A DNA stretch of 64,000 bases. Origin: the human T2T-CHM13v2.0 reference genome, Homo sapiens. Below are positions 1 through 13,383 of the stretch, piece by piece (position 1 is the stretch's first letter; every line of letters begins with the position of its first letter). The position numbers were made by a program, and so were the translations under genes. The notes beneath the pieces were generated by a model. It was given only the letters and a program-made list of their open reading frames with translations, was not told the origin of the DNA and ran no database searches. Location: NCBI RefSeq assembly GCF_009914755.1, contig NC_060930.1; one strand, written 5' to 3'.

Positions 1-473
1 TTAATGTGCTGTATTTAAAAATTGGTTTATACGTCTGTCCTCCCATTCAGCTGTGAGTGTCATAAGGGTAAGGATTGCCTTATTTCTCTTTCTCTAATAC
101 TTTGTGTGGCACATAGTTAGCACTTTATAACTACTCACTAAATACTCTGAAAATACAGCTTCAATCATTGTTACATATATGGAAGATCTTAATTGGTTCT
201 TTTCCCTCTGATTTCCGTTGAGTTGAGAAATAGAAACAATGAAACAGTGTACACCATCTGTTTCATTGTTGGCAAACCCAGATAAGAGAAATTGGTTGAG
301 CCTTCTTGAGTAGGCAGTGGAAGTATGAGATGAGACCCCCACCATGGCTAAGCATAGCTGGCCCAGGATGGTGAGAGAGAGACTATTAGTTTTTGAGGTA
401 ACCCATGGACATGTGAACCAATCAGTTTGGCCATTGTTCCTCCTGAAGGGAAAAATGAGTTATGGGGGTAGAG

Positions 474-585
474 TAGGACGACCAGCTCATCCCAGGTTTC
501 CCAGAACTTTCCTTGTTTTAGCACTGAAGTGCCATGTCCTGCAAACTCCCATAGTCTTGGCAAACTGGGATAGGTGATAACCTTA
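474..585. mobile_element. MER81-like hAT (Blackjack) MITE
   Basis: ~112 bp with degenerate TIRs (TAGGACGACC...GATAACCTTA) and core CCCAGGTTTCCCAGAACTTTCCTTGTTTTAGCACTGAAG resembling MER81. Confidence 0.65.
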
Positions 586-934
586 AAGTAGAAACAAGGA
601 TGGAAGCCATCTTCTCATCACTTGTGAAAGAACAGAAGAATTGGTGGCAAATGACATTATTAGATTGAAGAAAAGTTCTCCCCAACTATTATGCTCCTTA
701 GTGGTCCAACTATGAGTGGTTCTACCTTGTCCACTAAATTAATTATAAAATACTCACCTAGGCATTCTAGGACTTTCTCAATTTAGCCCCAGTCTGCCTT
801 TTTTATTTATCACCTAGTATTCTACAAATGTCTATTGAGAACCTACCATTGGCCAGTTATATTTTATACCCATGGAACAACATAGTAAAAAAAATTATAA
901 TATAAAAGGCTTTAAGCTTCCTAAGGGCAAGGTC

Positions 935-1475
935 TGTGGTGATACACAGTCCCTCACATGGCCCCAGTGATGACTCCTTCCATGTTATAATTCTCTCCCT
1001 TTTAATGTGGGCTAGACCTATTGACCGACTTCTACTGAACAGAATAGTGCAGATGTGATGGGATGGTGGGATGTCACTTCTGAGGTTAGGCTATAAAAAG
1101 ACAATGGCTTCTGTTTTGGGTGTTCTCTCTTGAAGTGTTCTCCCTGAGAACACTGGGAAGTCAGTTGTGTCCCAAGGCAGCCCTGTGGAGAAGCCTACAT
1201 GGTAAGGGACTAAAGTATGCCGATAACCGTGTGAGTGAAATAGGAAGCAGATCCTTTTCTAGCCCCCTTCCTGTGCAGTTGAGCTTTCAGATAAAATAGC
1301 AGCTCTGGCCTGCAGCATAACTTCCACTCATAGGGATTTGAGCCAGAGGCACCTGCTGAGTCATGACTCAATTCCAAACCAATTGAAACTATGGAATAAT
1401 ACAATTTTGTTGTTTTAAACCACTAGGTTTTGGGGTAGTTAGTTATGCAACAATGTATAATGAATAATGAATACA
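935..1475 (+). mobile_element. MLT1E/F-like ERVL-MaLR solo LTR inserted in an L2 3' tail
   Basis: TG...CA ends; GTGGGCTAGACCTA, GGATGTCACTTCTGAGGTTAGGCTATAAAA and TGTTTTAAACCACTAGGTTTTGGGGTAG motifs; L2 tail sequence on both sides, ending GAATGAATGAATGA near 1580. Confidence 0.8.
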
Positions 1476-4400
1476 TCTATACCTGTGCTTCTTTTGTTGG
1501 ATCCTTTTCACTGACGGTCTCCCTAATAAAGTGCTTGTATATAACAGATGCTCAATTTCACTAGAGAATGAATGAATGAATGACACGTCTCTCCTGAAAG
1601 AAATTCTGCTGATTTTTTTTGCAAAAAAAATTGTAAAACTTGTTTATATCAGGGACTCTATCTTTGAAACAGGTTTATTTTTCTGTATTGCCTATGATAA
1701 TGTTTTATGCATATAGGATCTTAAATATTCTTGATTGGATTTGATGTCTTACTATTTTTTAAATACATAAAATATGTGAAGCTACCACAGTGCTGAATTA
1801 GAATACAGAGTTGGAGCTCATCTGGATAAAACCCAAGCTTGTATGAATAAGTATAATGAAGACCAGTGAATTGATCTCAGGCCAACTCATAACCTCATAA
1901 TGTTTATTTCATTATTTCTTCTTTTTTGATGTTCATTACGTCAGTCACATCTTTTATCACTTGTTTAATTAGAAAATGGGCATGGGAATAGGCAGAAAAT
2001 TTGGTGACTCTCATACCCATAATTAAAGCTATAAATTGGAAAGATTTCTCTATTTGGGGAATTGACTCAATTCCAAATGGCAGGGGGAATGGTCATAGAA
2101 TTGCAAATAGTACTAGCCCAGGAGTTAGGAGACTTGAGTTTTTGTCTTAGTTTTGTTAGGAAGTAGTCCTGTAAGTATAAAAATTCAAGTCCTTTCCTTG
2201 TGCTTTAGTTTCTTTATCAGTAAAATCAGGAGGCTGGGCTAAGGCTCTCTGTTTCTTTCTAGGAAGAAAAACAAAAGGCCTCTGTGGCTACCTTCTGTGA
2301 ACTAGGCACTATATAACTGTTACAAAAGATAAAGAAAAAGGCTTATTTTTTAATGACTAAATTATTTGAGCTTGCAAAAATTAGTAATTTGCAGATTGTA
2401 TGCAAAATGTGATTGAAAAAAGTCAGGGAAATCAGAGTGAGCCTAGAAAGCAGGCTTCTGGGGAGAGGCAGATCTGCTGGGAATCACATGCCCCCAATAA
2501 TGTGATGTTACCAACCGGAGTGCAGAAGCTATTTGGAAAGCTGACCAATGGGATTGGGTGAGATTCAGTAATTATCAGCAATTGACTAATATTTATCTTT
2601 TATTCCTTGTCAACATTTCCAGGTAGGAGCCTCTCTTCTGTCTGGCACAGGGTAAGTACTCAATAAATATTTGTGAAATGAATGAATTTTTTTAAAAGTT
2701 CCTCTTTTTCCAAGTTCCTGTTCCATGACTCCATAATTAAGCATCTACCATATGATAGGCACACTATAAAAGCCTGCTCAATGCACCCTCTTTCAGCATG
2801 ATGGAGTGGTAAGATAAGGGACTTTGAAGGTGGTCTTATTTGGGGTTAAAGGTATGGACTTGCAAAGGGTCCTTAACCTCTCTAAACTCCAATTTCATCA
2901 CACATAGATTATTTTTCTAATCTCAAAGGACTGTTAGAACTACTTTAGAATAAATAAAACAGTTACACGTAACATCTGACCCAGAATATAAGTTCAATAT
3001 ATTTTAGTTGTTTTCTTTTATTGCTTCACTTCCATTTTTAGTCACCTTTTCTCTATTATTATGTCCATGCAAAACAAAACGAGATGAAGAAAAGTAACAA
3101 TAATATATCAAAGCCCACAATAGAATTGGAAAACGCTGTGTGTGTGCCTTATGTGTGATTCACCCTGTGAGTTCTAGGGGCCAGATAAGATCTGGTTATG
3201 TTATGCATGATTATATTGAATTTTTCTTAGACTTTGAACCCTTAGGAATTAAAAGCATATCTTCTATTTTGTGATATTTTTGTAGTCTACATTGTCATTT
3301 GTTTGAAGTTTCATTAATATTGACTAATAATGATGTCAGTTCTCTTAGCAGTGTAAAATACAATGACATCACTGAAATTTATGTAGAAGAAATTGTTTTT
3401 GTTTTATGACTCTATCTCTTCTAAGAGCTATTCATTGACAAATTATTTTCATTATGTGAATGTTAGCTGGTGGGAGGGGGAGGATGGAGCTGAGGGCTAA
3501 TGGGGGAGAATAAAATGGTCTAAGTATTTACAAATGAGATCTCTCTAGAGAAGTAGATTTTACCAGTTAATACATCTAAAAAAAAATAAATAAAATCTAA
3601 CGCTTCCTTCCTGTCTTCTCATTCTGGGTGTACATGGAACAGAATCAATTGGAGATCCCACTACCTGCACAGGTTGTGAGCCCTGGGCAACCATTACTGA
3701 CAGGAATTTGTTGTATTCCTCATGATAGAAAAAAAAATGCTTGAAAATGTCAATGTGTATGTTTTCATGGCTTAGAACAATGCTTGAGAATATCTTTGTC
3801 TTTGTTTTCATGGCTTATGAATATAAACATGGTAAGTTTTCACTCAAATCATTTGGTCAGCAGTCACAAATTCAGATATAATGTCATCTACCTTCACTCT
3901 TGTTCATTCTTTAACTGACTCTTGATTGTCAATCTTGTACCCTGTGTTAGTGAGTCTAGTCCTGCTGGTAATTGTTATGGTGCTGATTCCTGGGAATTTG
4001 GACTGGAGATGAAGGGAGGGAGAACTAAATAGAGGCAACTATCCATTATGAATAAAAACATTACTGTGATTTCTTATAATGTATTTTTCTCTTACCCTGT
4101 ATTAGAATCTGTAAAACCTAGGCTTAATTGGACAAGCTTCCACATTCAGAACTCTAACTGCTGTGGCTTATTTGAGAAGTATTTGTCAATGTAGGCCTCT
4201 TTACTATTACAGTTTTGGGCAGAAACCTTTGCAAGAGCCACTGAATTAATGAGATAGAACTTTGGGGAAAAATCAGAAAGATTTTATTGAATCCCTGAGT
4301 TGAAGGATTCTGTAGCAGAGGTTCTTATCAGTCTCTCAACAGAGGCTGGGCTGTAACAAAATTTGTACTGGCTTGCTGCAAATGAGAAAAGCACAAATAA

Positions 4401-4867
4401 CAACTGTAAGTTTTCCATGAGGCTAAAATATTTCAATTCGAATTGCTGTTCTTTGTTCTGAAATTATAAATTTCTTGTCTTTTTGCTGGGAGAGGATTAT
4501 TTCTTTTATGAGACAATGGTAAATAATAGTAAAAATGAATGAGAGTCTTTTAAAATGTTATTAATGTCATTAATTGGCAAAATATCATTTTAGTCCCCCT
4601 ATATTAAAAAATTATGATCTGTAAACAAATTAGGAAAACATTTCACTAGGGATAATCTATTATAGTGATTTAAAAAATGTAATGAATAACCCCTCCATTT
4701 TTCCCACAAAATGAAATTTTATATGGAAACTTATGTGCAAAGTAAAATTTCTCTGGTTGGAGCAAGATGAGGGAGGCTACTGATCTTCCCCACAGCTCCT
4801 GAGATAACCCTTTCATAGAATCCTTGGGCTCCCTCAAACATAGTTTTAGAAGGATTGGTTTGGATGA

Positions 4868-5136
4868 CAGTTTCTCAACTTTGACACTCTTGCTGTTTTT
4901 GGCTGGAAAGCTGGAAAGTTCTTTGTTGTGGGGACTATCCTGTGCATTGTAGTTTGATTAGCAACATCACATGTCTCTCTAATGCAAGTAGCACTCGCCT
5001 CTTCTAATTGTGAAAAACAAAAATGTCAGTAGCACCCACCTCTTCTAATTGTGAAAAAACAAAAACATCTCCAGATACTGAATGTCCCCTGTGTGTGGGT
5101 GGGGGGGTCAAAATTGCCCCCAGTTGAGAACTACTA
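4868..5136 (+). mobile_element. MER20 hAT DNA transposon with an internal 41-bp duplication
   Basis: TTTCTCAACTTTGACACT start, TGTGGGGACTATCCTGTGCATTGTAG core, CAAAATTGCCCCCAGTTGAGAACTACT end. Confidence 0.85.
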
Positions 5137-6429
5137 TTCTAGGCAACATATGAACCCATACAGTGCAGATATGAAGAGATGAGCTAAGTAGTATTGTGAT
5201 GCTTTTTGCTTTTCTAAAAAAATCTGTTATTCCACCACCTTTCCTCTGTTCAAACTATGTTTGGACTCTATGTGCCAAGGAAATTGAAGTCACAGCTGAA
5301 ATGCAAAGAAAAACAAAATAAGGTAATGCTCAGCTTCTGATCTCCCAAGATCTAGAGCCTAGATTAAACAATAAACTTGGAAGAATACATAGCTATCCTG
5401 TTTTACCTGGCACAGTGAGTGAATATAAAACCTTCTAGGCTAGAAGAGACAGGCTAGAGATTTTAGAAAGGAGGTAAGAGTATTAGATGAGGTGTGAAAG
5501 TTCTGTGTGTATGATGAGAGGGGCAGAATAGAATTTTTTTTAGGCTTGAGGATCTGAGATTAGAAAGCAGTCTTCCTCTCCCTGTGGGCGAAGCCATAAA
5601 AAGCAGAGAACTCCCAAGCAACCCTGGGATGGGCACCAGAGAATGGAAATGCCGTTGCGGTCTGTCTAGGTGTAAGAAGACCAAAGAAAAACTGTCATGT
5701 TTCCTGCAGCCACAAAGAGGGACTGGAGAACATGCAAAATTTCTTGTGCCTCATTCCCTGCCCCTTGCTCTGTGTGAAGGAAAATGAGCTATGAAACATG
5801 TCAATGGGCATGTAGAAGTTTTGTCCTTGCAGGGAATGCCACATTGAAGACTACAGAGTGGAACAACCCTCTAAGGAGTGAATGATACTCTAGTTACACT
5901 TCAACCAGTGCTGGCATAGAAGAGGACGTGTCCGTGGACCAGAGAGGACCTAACACATCTGATATGATTCCATAACAGGAGAGATACTGATCAAGATTGT
6001 GAAGAACATACGTCCATCACCAATGCCTCAGTTCCTTAGTGTCAGCCCTAGAATTGAAGAGTGATAGGTGAATCTTGAATGTCATGGAGCTTAAATCTGA
6101 AATGTCTGAGGGAAATCATAATCAGGAAGGCAGCTGAATTTACCACCATGTAATTGTATCATATTTTCTGCACTGTGCTGAATGGAGCTTGAGATGGAAA
6201 TCTATTCCTCTTCGTCCCCACTTTGCATGTTCCCCATAATATTGCCATTAGAATGATCTAACAAGTAAAATACCTTCATACAAGCAAAAAGACAAACTAC
6301 TAAAAAACCAAAAGTCCTTAGCTAAAAGCACCAATGTTATCATTCAGTGACTAGATTAGCATCAGGATAAGAGAAAATAAAAACCACACTGAAATTTAGA
6401 GTTACTGAGGTCTGTAGCTTACTTTGAGT

Positions 6430-6590
6430 GCTTCAAAAAATAAGATGATTGGATAGCAGGTGAGAGAAGTGGATATATATGTGATAAAGCAAATACAGAA
6501 AATGTTAATTATGGATTCTAAGTAGTGGATATATAAACATTCACTGCAAAGTTGCTTCAACTTTTCTGTATATTTGAAAATATTCACAGC
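6430..6590 (+). mobile_element. Old L1ME 3'-end fragment
   Basis: ATAAAGCAAATACAGAAAATGTTAAT...CAACTTTTCTGTATATTTGAAAATATTCA, typical of L1ME 3' UTRs. Confidence 0.6.
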
Positions 6591-9242
6591 ATGTCAACAA
6601 AACAAGCATGATAAAGCCACTGTTTGTGCTAAGACCAGCTTGTATTTAGTTTAGGCTTATTATGTAGTAGTAGAAACATTAGAAATGGTTTTAACCTCTT
6701 TAAATATACATATGTTTATGGGAAGGTTATGTATATGTTTATATGTAATGAATGTGAACAAACAAAGGTCAGATACACATTCTGCTTCCCTCCAGTCCAA
6801 TTTCGGCTGCTGTGCTGCACATTTTAGGAGTCTTAATAGAATTAGCCACATTCTCCCCACTTGCCCTTACTTCTCATATTTCACAACTCCTCCTGGAATT
6901 TTCTAATAATTGTACAGTAGTGTGTTGTGGTTCATCATCTTGACTTGACACTTTTGGGGGGGAATGTAAACAAAAATACTTCTCACTACTATTGAAGCCT
7001 TTGAAACATAAATTAGAATTCCTTGTCCTAATTTGCCGTTGACAAGTCTTAGAGGCAGAGGTAAAACAAAATTCTTCAACCAGCAAACTTGCTTCTACAG
7101 GTACAAAGGAATTTCAATAGTAGCCTCAGGAAAAAATGGATGGAACTGTCAGTCACATAAAAGAATTGAAGAGGGGAAAAGAACTGATGCTTCATGAAAT
7201 GGGAGAATTCAAATATTTCAGCATGTCACTGACCTTCGTACTGAATCTCACATTCTTTGAATCCCTAAAGATTAAAAAAATGGTTAGGTACCTCCATTAA
7301 GGCCTAATAAAAAGTGTTCATATCTCACATATTAATTATATGTAGTATTCATCCCACATAACAATATCAAGCCATAAGAACTTCTGGTGTGTAGCCATTT
7401 TGAATATCTGTAATACCTCTTTTAAACTTGAAATATAATTAGCATGTCATAAAAGGCATGGATTTTAAATATTCAGTTGGATTTTTTTTTGGCAATGTAA
7501 CTGCTCTCCTAAAATACTTGTGACATTCTTAAATTGGGTCAAAAATTTCAAATAATTTCAAGTGTCTCATTGCTAATTAGCAGTTATATGAAATTAATAG
7601 TAAGTATTGCTCTAAGTGGTAATCTAAATAGTTCATGACCATACTTGAAATTGTGTATGATAATGAACCTTCTTCAAGTTCAATTTGATATGTTTCCTGG
7701 AAGGAGGGAGCAGAGAAATCTTACTAGATGACTGTAAATGTTTGTGTTGTATAGGCTTTAAAATCTTGACAAAACCTGGGAGTTTTGACCAATATAATTA
7801 ATTTCAAAAACAACAATAACAACAAAACACACACACAAATTTTATTATGACTGGAGAAAAATAAATTCCAAATAAGATAGTAAATTGGGGTTTGTTTTTA
7901 CAGCTCCTAAATACAAGGGTACTGTTTGCCCCAGAGAGAAGCTGACTGCTATCATAGCAGCCAGTAACCAATGCCCATGGAGTCCCTCCTCTCAGTATTG
8001 CCTGAGTACCTCTGCCCCTAAGGAGCCACCCTCAGGTTTGTTGTAGGACCAGAAACTCTGTTGGTCTGTCTGAGTGTGCAGTGCTGGAATCCTATGCTGG
8101 GTCCAAAACCTCCTCCCTCCAACAGAACCATTAAATATGCACCTATTCTGTGGAAGGTATTGGATAAGTATACTACATTCCTTATTTCCTTGTATCCTCT
8201 TCTTCAAACTATTCCCATTTTAGAGCTAAAGCCTATGAAGCTTAGAAAAATTAAGAAAATTTTCAAAGTCATCCAGCTAGTAAGTGGTACGCCTTCTAAA
8301 TGGACTGTGTTGACACTATTGCCCAGAAAGTTAAAATTAAATTAATTCAATGAGATAACTGTATTAAAACAAATTTTAATTTGGGATGTTTAACACATAC
8401 AGTTAATAAACATTAAGCACCATAAAAGTTAGGTATAACACATTCTAACGGTTTTTGTTACTGTTTAGAGAAGGGAGGAATGGGCTAGCCTATTAATTAA
8501 ACAAAAATGGCTTTACTTGTATCCATTTAATTTGTTTATGATCATGATTAATATTTTATTTGAATGCAGCCTTCCATGAAAAATAAGTCTGAAAGCCACT
8601 GATCTGGTCTAACTCTCCCATAATATAGGTAAATAAAACTGAGGTCTACAAAGTTGTTTGTATTCGGTTACTCCAAACTGAGTGGGAAAGCCAGAATTAG
8701 TTTGACCCAGTTTGACAAACATATATACAGTTTCTGTTATGCAAGTGACCTTGAGTTAGTTAAACAAGTTAATATGCATAATCCTGGTTCTCTACCAGCT
8801 CACAGTCTATGAGAGAACACAAGTTTCGTGATGATAAGTCTATTAATGTTTCTGCCTTATCTCATTGCTGATTGTTTAATTTTACCAGTTCATACACACT
8901 GTCTCTCATCTGCCAATCATTTCATACTAAGTATGAGTAGCTTTGCTCAAGACTCACTTATTAGATTTGCTTCCCTGTCCTTAAAAGGGTAGCCACAGAG
9001 AATTGTGTACTTTGGGTAGGGGAAAAAGGGAGAAGGAGAAGGAGACTGTCTGAAAGATAAACGAATCCTGAAGTGGCATGGGTGGGTGGTAGGCTTGGGA
9101 ATGCAGGAGACAAACTTTGCCTATGTTATTATTTACCCACACTCTTCCTAGGCTCTAGAGTCTCGTGCATGGTATTACAGGGTCTTGAGCAGAAGGATAG
9201 CTCAAGTAAAAATATAAGCATTGACTTTGGCAGGTGATGATA

Positions 9243-9666
9243 CGTATTAGGCTGCTCTTGCATTGCTATAAAGGAATACCTGAGACTGGGTAATTTATAA
9301 AACAAAGAAGTTTAATTGGCTTATGGTTCTTCAGGCTGTACAGGAAGCATATCGGCATCTGTTTGGCTTCTGAGTAGACCTCAGGAAACTTACAATTATG
9401 GCTGAAGGCAAAGGGGGAGGAGGCACATCACATAGTGAGAGCAGGAACAGGAGAGAGATGGGGGAGCTGCCACACACTTTTCAACCACTATATCTCTCAA
9501 GAACTCACTCATTATAATGAGGACAGTACCAAGGGAATGGTGCTAAACTATTCAGGAGAAATCTGCCCCCAGGATCCAATCACCTCCCATTGGGCCCCAC
9601 CTCCAACACTGGTGATTACATTTCAACATGAGATTTGGGTAGGGACACATATCCAAAGCTATATCA
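9243..9666 (-). mobile_element. MSTA-like ERVL-MaLR solo LTR
   Basis: GTATTAGGCTGCTCTTGCATTGCTATAAAGGAATACCTGAGACTGGGTAATTTATAA...CAACATGAGATTTGGGTAGGGACACATATCCAAAGCTATATCA. Confidence 0.9.
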
Positions 9667-10559
9667 CAATGTCATAATCCTTAATATCAATTTTCTCATC
9701 TCTAAAATGTAATTACAATAGTGTAAATAATAATAGAAATGAAACAATTGAGGTAATGCTTATGAATGTCTTCGGACAGTGCTCAATTTAATGGGCCTCA
9801 GGGCAGTCCTGACCATAGAATGCTATCCAGAATAACTGAAGGTGACTGGCTATTGTTTGGGAATTAATTACAATGACCTAGCCTGGCCATTTGGCCAGTA
9901 CATTGGTTTCCTTTGCTTATTATAAAGCCAGAGTTTAGGGAAGTCTCTCTACCTGGAGAGACTTTCTTTGCAGGGCATCTTGAATTATTCTGATTTTTTA
10001 GTTGCGTTCAGAAATGGCTAATTCCTGGAGAGATAAACCAGATGCAGATTATAAACTTGTGTGATGGACCTACTCATGTGGGGAAACCCGTGGCTTCCTG
10101 GCAGTGAACTTGGTTGCAGCAACCAAGAAAAGAAAGACCCTTGAGCAGGATTGGCGCATAATCACTCCCCTCAATATTATCACTCCATGAACCAATGTTA
10201 GACCTCTGCACAGGTGGAGGTTCGTGCTTGAGGGCCATTGAACACTACCCATTTCCCTAATGCATCATAATTAAACACCTGTGCTAAGTAACTTCTTACT
10301 GATCCACTGTGGAAATTTGCTGGGTGCTCAACAGTCCTTAACATTTTCTATCTCTTACTTGGGAGGGAGGTCTCACGGTTATTCTTTGGTTCTCCTGGAA
10401 AAAAAAAACAAACAAAAAAACAGCCCAACAACTTCTTTCTACCCCATGAAAAACTGTTATTGAAATGTGGATTTCAGGGCCTTTCAAAGACACTTAGGGA
10501 AGAAAATATTTTGTAAATTCAGGAAGCATTCCTGTTTTCTCAAAAGCAGTGGTAATTAA

Positions 10560-10927
<368 letters not shown>

Positions 10928-12099
10928 TAATTGTGTTTTTAATGTCACTGATTCAGTGAAGAGAATGTCTAAGAATGTAGCATGTTTTTAATGAAGTTGG
11001 CTGTGCTATTAATATGAGAAATAGGTATAAATTAGGTAAACTAATGTTGCAGTGTGTCAAAAGCTCAGCAAAAGGGCCCTTCTCCATTGTCATTCACAGT
11101 TGCAATACACTTCCATACTGCTGCATTGAGCCTTTTTCTTTCATCTTGAACAGCAGCCAGAAAATAGGTTTGGCTCTAGGATAAATTTGTGGCTTAAGTG
11201 GAGTCTGTCTTCAACTTGTATCACTTCTCTTTCTTGGTAATAACCTCACATTTTGGGTGTTGTGTCTCTTTTCTGTTTACATTGTTCCCTCTGTCAAAAC
11301 AAGAAATAGTAATAGCTAATGGATACTCTTTATTGAGTATCTATCTAATCTTGTCTGTATTGTCCACGCACACTGAATAAAGCACATTTTTTAACCCCTA
11401 TGTTACAGCTGACATAAGTTATGCTGAGAGAGATTAAGGCAAGTTTATTGGGTCCTATCGTACTTATGTGTCATGGTTGGCCATTAAACCTACAATCTGT
11501 GTGACACCAAATCTGTGAACTTTCCAATCAAGGAGAGCATCTTTATCTGTAATTTATGCTTGGTGATTGTTTCAGTAATTACTCTTTAGAAAATGTGTTC
11601 TCTAGATTAGGTACTTTATTTTAAGCTTTTAATTTCTAGCACTGCATTGAAATGCCTGGCAAGGAAAATCTTGGACATTATCAAAAAGGTAGGGAGAAAT
11701 TGGGAAATCCATTCATATATATGGGGTATTGAGGCAATTCTCCAGATTTTCTTAATTTTGTCACTTAAGGTGATTAATTTGGGGAGAATTCTCCCATTTT
11801 CCCCTTTTTCCCCTTTTCTTCACTTTCCTAGGAAAATATTTAACTCTGTATTTGTAGAACAAGCAAGAATCCCTGAGGAAAATATCATTAGTGTGGTTTT
11901 GGGGATGCAAGGCTACAATTTTATGTTTCTAGAGACAAATGTGCCTTCAGTTCTGTTCAGTAATTCTTTCCTATGTTCCATGTCTTTCATTTCTAACAAT
12001 AGCTATTCCACACCTTTATCACGTTCTTCAGGATTTAACCACCTGTCAGGTGATGACTGCAATCTGAATTGACAGAGACAAAGCTCTCAAATAAGAATT

Positions 12100-12955
12100 C
12101 CATATTTTCCTTGGGATTCCAATGGATATAAAAACCATTCACTTTCTCATTTCTCTCTTTTTAGAAAAAGATATGTCTGTTCTTTTCCTCGGAGATAATC
12201 ATTTCACCTTTGTGTTCTGGATCTTCTTAACAGCTCTACCTTGCTCTATCATTTCTTCTTTCTCTCTTCTGCAACTTTTGTATTTTCTTTTCTACTGATT
12301 CCTTCCTTTTACTTATAAACATGCTCTAGTTTCTCTTGTCTTACAAAATCAAAATAATAATTCTTAAAAATGATCAAACTTCTTTTGATCTTATGTCTCC
12401 TCCATCTATTGTTTTATCCTTATTTTTCTTACAGGTTTATTGATATTTTTTTCCCAGCCTTTGGTTCACTTCCCCACTGCCTAATAACTCTTCACTCCCT
12501 TGCAACCGGCCTTCTATCTCCTCCACTGCATGAAGCTTATGACTTCTGAACCACGCAGCCCCATCAACAACTCAGTCCTGGTTTCATTGAGCATGTCTGT
12601 GTAATTGAATACTCTTGTCTTATCTTCCTTGACATTTTTCTTCTGTCTTTCCTTTTGATTGTTGCAGTCTTTCCAGTCAACATTATAGACATTTCTTCCT
12701 CCACTTAATCTATAAATATGGGATAGGTTCTTTCCTCAGTTGTCTTTTCCCGCTTTACACTCTGTCCTTAGGTGACCTTATCTAGGCCTGTGACTTTCCC
12801 TACACTCTGATGATGTGCAATTCTGTATCTCTATCTCAGATCTCTATTCTGATTTCTCCAACAACATAACAAACCATTTGTTGATGTTATCACTTGGCTG
12901 TACTGTGGGATCCCCAGATTCATCATGCATTCATTCATCATCTCCCCCTACACAC
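12100..12955 (+). mobile_element. L2 ORF2 fragment (left part, split by L1PB)
   Basis: Pyrimidine-rich L2 motifs such as CTTAGGTGACCTTATCTAGGCCTGTGACTTT and CTGATGATGTGCAATTCTGTATCTC; continues at ~19481. Confidence 0.65.
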
Positions 12956-13004
12956 CTCATCACAAATCTTTTCTTTAACCTTTTCTTTTAAAAAAATGTA
13001 TTTC

Positions 13005-13383
<379 letters not shown>

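Noticed and set aside
5400-6200. Possible ancient Gypsy/ERVL-like LTR
   Set aside because: Only a compositional impression; no motifs or ends could be assigned
11647-12072. 141-aa ORF
   Set aside because: Non-ATG start, AT-rich codon composition, no family resemblance
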